From: Eledone cirrhosa
Taxonomy: Eukaryota
Direction: 5' to 3'
DNA length: 64,000 bases
Assembly: GCA_964016885.1 (NCBI GenBank)
Contig: OZ024745.1
Location: 109,306,001 to 109,370,000, forward strand
Part shown: one piece after another, positions 57,001 through 64,000 of the stretch
Layout: the number at the start of each line of letters is the position of its first letter
Numbering within the stretch: the first letter of the stretch is position 1
Notes under the pieces: generated by a model
The model's input: only the letters and a program-made list of their open reading frames with translations
The model's database searches: none
What the model was told of the DNA's origin: nothing
Made by a program: the position numbers and the translations under genes

Positions 57001-59061
57001 GGTAATAAAATACCTTTTATTAGTAAGCAGCTATATAAACAAATAGAAATGATGTTTGGAGATAGTACAAGCAGAACTCTTCAATACAAGTTGATCACCC
57101 TCAAACAAAAATTGAGAGCTGTCAACTAGACACTACAGGGACGGTGGAAGCATTTCTGAATCAGCCGGTTGGGTGGGGGCAAGTTTGGTCAATTTAGTTG
57201 TAGTGATTAGTTTAGCTGTTATTATCAAATATCAACCAAGATATAAACAAAAATTCGATATGTGATAAACATAACATCTACATAAATTGTAGAGCATATA
57301 TAAATATATGTGTTTTGGTAGTTTGGGGAGAAAAATATAATTATTAATGGGGTCGGGGCGATGTTTTGACTCAACCTAAACAGCAGAATGCTTTGGCAAA
57401 CAGTACAGCGATGTTAGGATAAGACTCAAGCCGCCCACATGTAGATTTGTGACTATGTGCTTCTAACTATGTGCTTCTAATGTTGCCACAGTTGTGGCGC
57501 ATATACAAATATATGTGTGCTGTGGTAGTTTTGGGAGAAAAATATAATTATTCGAGGGACCATGGGCCCCTCTCAGTTCCACCACCCCTGACTATCATAT
57601 CAGAAGAGAGTTACTAAAAGAAAAAATGATTAATAAAAGGTTCAGCTGAAACCAAACATCGGTCTATAGGGGTTTTAAAGGCAAATCAATAAATATCATT
57701 GAGGCTCCATCTCAGAAAGACATAGATATAATGGAGTGAGGAAAAGATGTTCAACTAAGATGCAGTGTGGTTGAAAGAGATCTGAAGGAACTATTGCTCC
57801 TACATTACACCAAAAATATGCAGCATCAAATGATGAAATCCTTCAGGATATAACGGGAAAACTTCAGCATAAGAAACACCAGGAAAAGATTTGATTGTCA
57901 GCTTCTGATAGAAAAAAACAGGCATTCTATTGGATATATCTTATCAACTTCTTCCAGTAATTTCTCAAAATAGATACGCATATACCAGGCTGGTTGACAT
58001 TAGCAAAGACATAGATACATTAGAGATGTTACATTGGTAAAATGTGTGGGTATATACATTTGTGTATGCTTGTAGTTCAGATGTTCTCAAACGTTTTGGG
58101 CTACTGCCCACCTCATGGCTATGTAATACCCTCAGCACCCCCACCCTTATTTCCAGAGAGACTTGCCTACACACAAATTGTAAAAAATATATAATAAATA
58201 AAAATCATTAATTCATATATAATAAATTATATAATATATACTTGCTTCTGCTGGACATCACCAGGGGACAATAGCCCCCCCCCCCCCGGTGTTTTTGCAT
58301 AGCTACGGCGGCTTTCTAAATGTTTATTTAGAAACATACCGTATTTCTTTAGAAATACGAAATTACAATACATATCTGTATACAGCTATGCTTGAAGCTA
58401 AATCCTAATTCTAATATATACTATATATAAATTCATATATATTTATTTTACTATATTTATATATAATATGTATAATTTGATATTTAATATACTATTATAT
58501 CATCTCTACTGCCAACCCCCAGCGGTCCTTAGGCCCCAGCGCCACATGGACCTTCACACCCGGGGAGAGGCGCAGTAACAACCACTTTGAGACCCTCTGT
58601 TGTGGTTGATGAATCAGTAAGTTACTAGATACTGCTCTACTATATTTGATTCTAACCTGATGAAGGTGATTTCACTGGGATGTAAGAGAGAGAACATTAT
58701 CCAGGTGATTCTTGTAATCTTCAATAAATACCACCATTGTTACCATCACTATATTCCTGATTTCTTAAGGCAAGGAATTAAATATCTGAAGCCCTTTCAA
58801 TGGCACCAGAGTATTGAAATATGTTTTTACTCAATTGTCATCTGATATTTTCGGCAGCTGACAGTATCTATTTCTTGGGGAGAAGGGTGGGGGATGAACT
58901 GTTTTGTTTTTTGTGTATTTTGTTTTATACCATGGTGTATATAAGAGTTTACACTCAAGATCTTGTTAAGCCAGTAGGTATGTTGGTGTTGTACTAAACA
59001 GAGTGCAATAGTGAAAATAATAAAATGGATGAGAGTGTTAGGTCATTACCACAACAGAAGT

Positions 59062-59140
59062 CTGATGAGCTTTTGATTCGAGAGTTGGGCCAGATCGAAA
59101 CAGATTGAACCTTGAGCTGATCAATCACGAAACACGTGTC
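59062..59140 (+). ncRNA. Candidate hammerhead with long stem II
   Basis: CTGATGA-G...C-GAAA-CACGTG-TC; palindromic stem III, weak stems I and II. Confidence 0.35.
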
Positions 59141-59174
59141 ACAATTCAAAATACATAATGATTATTATTTTCAC

Positions 59175-59215
<41 letters not shown>

Positions 59216-60081
59216 ACACACACACATACATGTTATCATTGCTTTTATGTTGTTTATCAATGCTGGCATGAGATGAACAAGACTGTTTGGTGGCAGTTTT
59301 TCTATGGCAGGACATCCTTTCTGATGCCAAACCATACTACCTTTAGAAGTATGGTACATACCACTCATCTTCTTCAAACTGCTAGTTGCATGATGTATTG
59401 TTTAAGCAAGACATAAACAAACTCCTCTGCTAGCTTTAATGTAGATATGAAGGTGTGTGGTAAACTGGCACATACAGCAAAGAAGAAAAAGCAGGCAAAA
59501 ACACTAAAAAAACACACTAACAAAAGAAAAAGAATAAAAGAATTGACAGAAGACAATCATATAATAGAACAGCACTAATATGTATTTTATAAACCATGTG
59601 GCAGCAATCTGTTATTAGCATTCCTTTATTCTTATATACTGGTTTCAGTCAGAGTACAGCCACACTGAAGGATCACCTTCAAGGATCTAAGTCAATCTAT
59701 TAACTTCAATACATACTTTTAAGTCTGGTAGTTATTTCATTGTTCTCTATTTGTTGAACTGCTAAGTTATAGGACATAAACAAACAACACTGGTTGTTAA
59801 GCAGTATAGACTTAAATACAGGCATGAGCAGAACCCCCCCCACACACACACACATACATACACACATACATACACACATACACAAACACTTGTAACCTTA
59901 CTTTTATTTCTTTCCTGATGAAGAACTAACATATGATACATTGACAACACTTCTTTTTCTATGTCATACAAGCATGAACCTGATAATTTATTGATAATCT
60001 GTGAAATTAAATTGATAATACATTTTGTAATTATTCATCATCTTCGTTTTTCCATTTTTGACTTTGTGCTAAATATGTGTG

Positions 60082-60082
<1 letters not shown>

Positions 60083-60121
<39 letters not shown>

Positions 60122-60680
60122 GTTTAACGTCCATCTTTCACACTAGCATGGGTTAGATGGGAGTTGTCCCACTTGAGGCAAGGTTGGTCAGGTGACCGTG
60201 TCTCGCTCATATAAGACTATCTGGCAGGTTTTCTACGGCTGGATGCCCTTCCTAATACCAACCACATTTACAGTGTGGAACTGGGAACTTTTTACCGTGT
60301 TACCTACACGGCCACATTACAGCGTGGACTGTGTGTTTTTTTGTTGTGACACCGACACGATCTCGATCTCGATCTCATTTATTTGGACTGGATGTGTATA
60401 TCATCATCATCATCACCGTTTTATGTCCGTTCTTCCATGCTAGCATGGGTTAGATGGGTTGTTAGACTGTTGGGCAGTGTCTGGTCAGCTGACCATGCCT
60501 TGCTCATACAGGAACTGATTTTGGCTTGATTTCTGCAGCTGGATGCTATTCCTAACACCAACCTCATTTACAGTGAGTGCTGGGTGCTTTTTTTCCGTGG
60601 CGCCTACACATCTACTTTACAGTGTGGGCTAGGTGCTTTTTTGCCGTGGCACTTCCACGACCACTTTGCAGTGGAAGGGT
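60083..60680 (-). mobile_element. Two RTE-tailed SINE 3' portions, each with ~2 copies of the 48-bp unit
   Basis: (CAT)n tails, CTAGCATGGGTTAGA, GGATGC..TTCCTAA motifs. Confidence 0.75.
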
Positions 60681-61944
60681 GTGGGGGCATATTGTCTATA
60701 TGCTTCAGCTTGTACCCATGGGAGGTCAGGTACTCTGTATTACTGCGTGACGCCAGAGGTCACGGTCGTGTGTCATCGCCTTTGTAATTGGATAAGGTCG
60801 GCTTTTATCACCTCATTCCAGTATATATATATATATTTATTTATGCAAATATGTGTAAGACTGAACACATAATGACCATTATTAGCCATTAACCCATTAA
60901 CAAAGCCCCATTTAATTATTGTTAAACGATATATTTTAAACAACTTTTTCATTAGTTCATCAAAAGTAGAATGCATAAACCAATGAAAATGGTGCTTATA
61001 CATGTTTACAAGTTTTTTTTATATATTAATGAAGATGGCTAAGAATGTGACTGCAAAAATAATTAGCTAAATATAATGTACTGAAACAACATATAAATCA
61101 CAGACAACCCAAATTGATTATCTGTTTTATCATTTACTAGAGTGTAGGATTGTATGTATTTTTTGTTGAGTATTTCATGTTATATGTCTTACCCATTCAT
61201 TATATTTTACTGGAATAATATAGCTTGAACAAGAAACTAGAAGAGATCCAAAGGAACCATTTAATAAATATAAGCTTCTAGGCTAAAAATGTCAGACTTT
61301 GGAGCTTTTATTCTTATTCCATGAATTACACAAGATAGAGTGAAGTAGAACAGGACAAATTATCTTTAATCCTTTCATAGCTATATTTTTAATGAAAGAC
61401 ACTGCCTATGATTTTTAAGTAATTTTTAAAATAATCAATAATTTTGAGGGATATAATAATATAACTAACTTTCACATTATTAAATTGATGTTTAAAAAAC
61501 ATGGGTTTTTATATAAAATTATTCTGGAAGGATTTTAGATAAAAATTGATTCTTAAAAATAAACAACTTTATATCATAGAATGAAGGGCTGTTTCAGTCA
61601 GTTTGCTATCAAGAATTTAAGACATAGTTATGGTCTATTTACCACCAACATTTTATCTTGTACTCTTCAGTACCTACTACATGATAATGATGATGATGAT
61701 GAGGAAGATAAATTCTTACATTGCCATAAAGACTTGGTAGCTGTAGCCAACAGGATATGCACTTACAAACTGTGAATTCACCAGAAAAAGTATTAAGACC
61801 TTATTGGCAAAGAATTTCTTGGAACTAATGAAAACTTCAGATCAAAGAAGGGAGGATTCTAGTTCACAACATGACCATATACTTTCAATATACAACTCAC
61901 CTTTCATCTTTAATCCTTTCTTCAGAAAGGAAATAACCCAATTT

Positions 61945-62300
61945 GATGATGATGATGATGAGAAGGAAAATGAGAAGGATTTTGTGATGATGATGATGAT
62001 GGTGGTGAGAAGGAAAATGAGAAGGATTTTGTGATGATGATGATGATGGTGGTGAGAAGGAAAATGAGAAGGATTTTGTAATGATGATGATGATGATGAT
62101 GATGATAAGGATTTTGTAATGATGATGATGATGATGATGATGAGAAGGAAAATGACAAGGATTTTGTAATGATGATGATGATGATGATGATGATGGTGAT
62201 GAGAAGGATTTTGTGATGATGATGATGATGATGATGAGAAGGAAAATGAGAAGGATTTTGTAATGATGATGATGGTGATGGTGGTGATAATAATGATGAC
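61945..62300. repeat. Tandem repeat (GAT)n-GAGAAGGAAAATGAGAAGGATTTTGT
   Basis: About 7-8 variable units. Confidence 0.9.
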
Positions 62301-62665
62301 GTTGGTGATGGTGGTGATAATGGGTAGAAAGAGGATATGAACAGGAGTGTGAGGGAATAGGACGATATATTACTGATGACAATAATGATGAAGATGAAGA
62401 TGATGATGAGCGGATATACTGATGAGGATGAGAAAGAAGGAGATATGATGCTGATGATGATAATGTGAAAGCAAATATAGCGATAATGATGATGATTATG
62501 AGAAAATGGAAAAAGAAAAAAAAAGAGGATGCCATGAAAAGAAAAAGACAAAATAAAACAAATAAGTCAAAAAGGACAGGAGAGTGAATGGTTCTGAAGG
62601 GGCTGTTCTGTTGAAGGTGTGGGAGAGAGTGATGGTGAGGAATTCATTTTCTCAGGTATACTCAC

Positions 62666-62700
62666 ATAACAAGGTAAGCTGATAGTCACCAGGTAAAGAA
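62666..62700 (-). other. Candidate 35-nt spliced exon of an unknown host gene
   Basis: Minus strand: CTAAC branch point, pyrimidine tract, TTTCAG acceptor, GTGAGTA donor; open frames LYLVTISLPCY or SLPGDYQLTLL. Confidence 0.35.
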
Positions 62701-64000
62701 CTGAAAGTACAGTTGTGTAGAAGAAGGAGGAGGGAAGTTAGAAAGAGGAACAAAGTTCCTGAGATAAACCTGTCCCCACACACATTTTCACCACACACAT
62801 TTATATATATATATAATCATACATATACACCTACATCCACCATATCTGCTACCCCAAAGCTGCCCACTCACATACTCTGTATTATATCTGAGTTATATCA
62901 GAGTATTTGGTTACAAACAAGAAATTCAAAAGGAAAAACTAAACTAAACCAAACCAAAACAAACAACAACTGATTCCTTATGCTTCATCAAACAGCTGCT
63001 TTCTGTGACATAAGGGAGCATTTATGACAGCTTCCTCTCATTTAGTCTTGGAATCAAGGCACTGAAATGACACACTGATTACTAGCTATCTAGAATATTC
63101 ACGGGGCTTTAACTAGTAGTTTCCTTCTTGAATTTTACAGCTTTCCTCTATATATATTCTATAGAAAATAAATATCTCCAAGAGCCTCAGGGGCAAGTAA
63201 AACTAGTGCTTAGCTCTTAACTTTAACTGGATCAGAGATAGATGTTCCCTTACTCCACTTTATTCTTGGCTAGTTAGTACAGTCTATGGTAAGTAACAGA
63301 CGTAGATGATTTGATACCTATTTATGCACCTACATGAACTGTGATTTATAGTGGTAGAGGTAAGTGTTCTTCCCAGAGAGACAACTCTAAGCTTGCTAAG
63401 AATCTGAATTAAATCAGAATAGATACTCCAATGCTTTAACCTGATAGTTCTCAAATAGTGTACCACAACACTTTGGTGTGTCATCAGAAACGAAGCTAGG
63501 TGTGCCACACAAAAAAAAAAGAATTAAAAAAAAAAAAAAAAAAATATATAAATTATTTTTTTTAAATGCGAAAAATACAAACTTAAATTCTCGATGGAGC
63601 TTCTTGTTTGATATATTGAATAAAGTAAGTAGGTAATAATTCTCAGTATTATATTTTCATATTAAAATATGAAGTGGGTCATAATTAATTTATAAGAAAA
63701 ACCATAGTGATAATAAACCCTATTCCAAAAGTACCGTGCGGGAGGATAGAGACTAAAGACTATGTGGTTGTGAAACAAACATCTTAGCCACACTACAATA
63801 ATTTTGTCTATCATCATGTCTATAAACGCAATAATACACCAATGAAGCCAAATTGCATCAAAATGTGTATGTAAGAACATTAATTCATATAAGCATATAT
63901 TAATCATCAATCGTGTTCCTTCAATTGGTGCTGCCAGTCATTGGGGATGCTACTCTAGATACTTTCATACCTTGATGTTCGGCAGCAGCATCCTTAGGGA

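Noticed and set aside
61897-62551. His/Ser-rich proteins
   Set aside because: Reverse translation of a (GAT)n-based tandem repeat

Overview
AT-rich, repeat-dense eukaryotic DNA, most likely intronic or intergenic sequence from a cephalopod (Octopus-like). The species call is an inference from the tRNA/CORE-SINE families, RTE tails and very long (TA)n arrays. No intact protein-coding gene is supported, and almost all listed ORFs are translations of microsatellites or minisatellites. Recognisable content: a near full-length decayed Tx1/L1-clade LINE plus a truncated relative, both embedded in (TAA)n; a Vingi LINE 3' end; many RTE 3' ends and RTE-tailed SINEs; CORE-type SINEs; a deleted DD37D (maT) transposon; piggyBac-like MITEs; two tandem non-autonomous Helitrons inserted in a spacerless palindrome; a CRE-like RLE retrotransposon end in an inverted repeat; and Penelope-like (PLE) remnants. 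The strongest hidden signal is a set of about 7-8 type I minimal hammerhead ribozyme motifs next to TA arrays. Three of them have intact cores, and one family shares stems I/III while carrying completely different stem II hairpins that still pair. Possible host-gene micro-exons lie on the minus strand at the right end. All structures were folded by eye, and no database searches were run.
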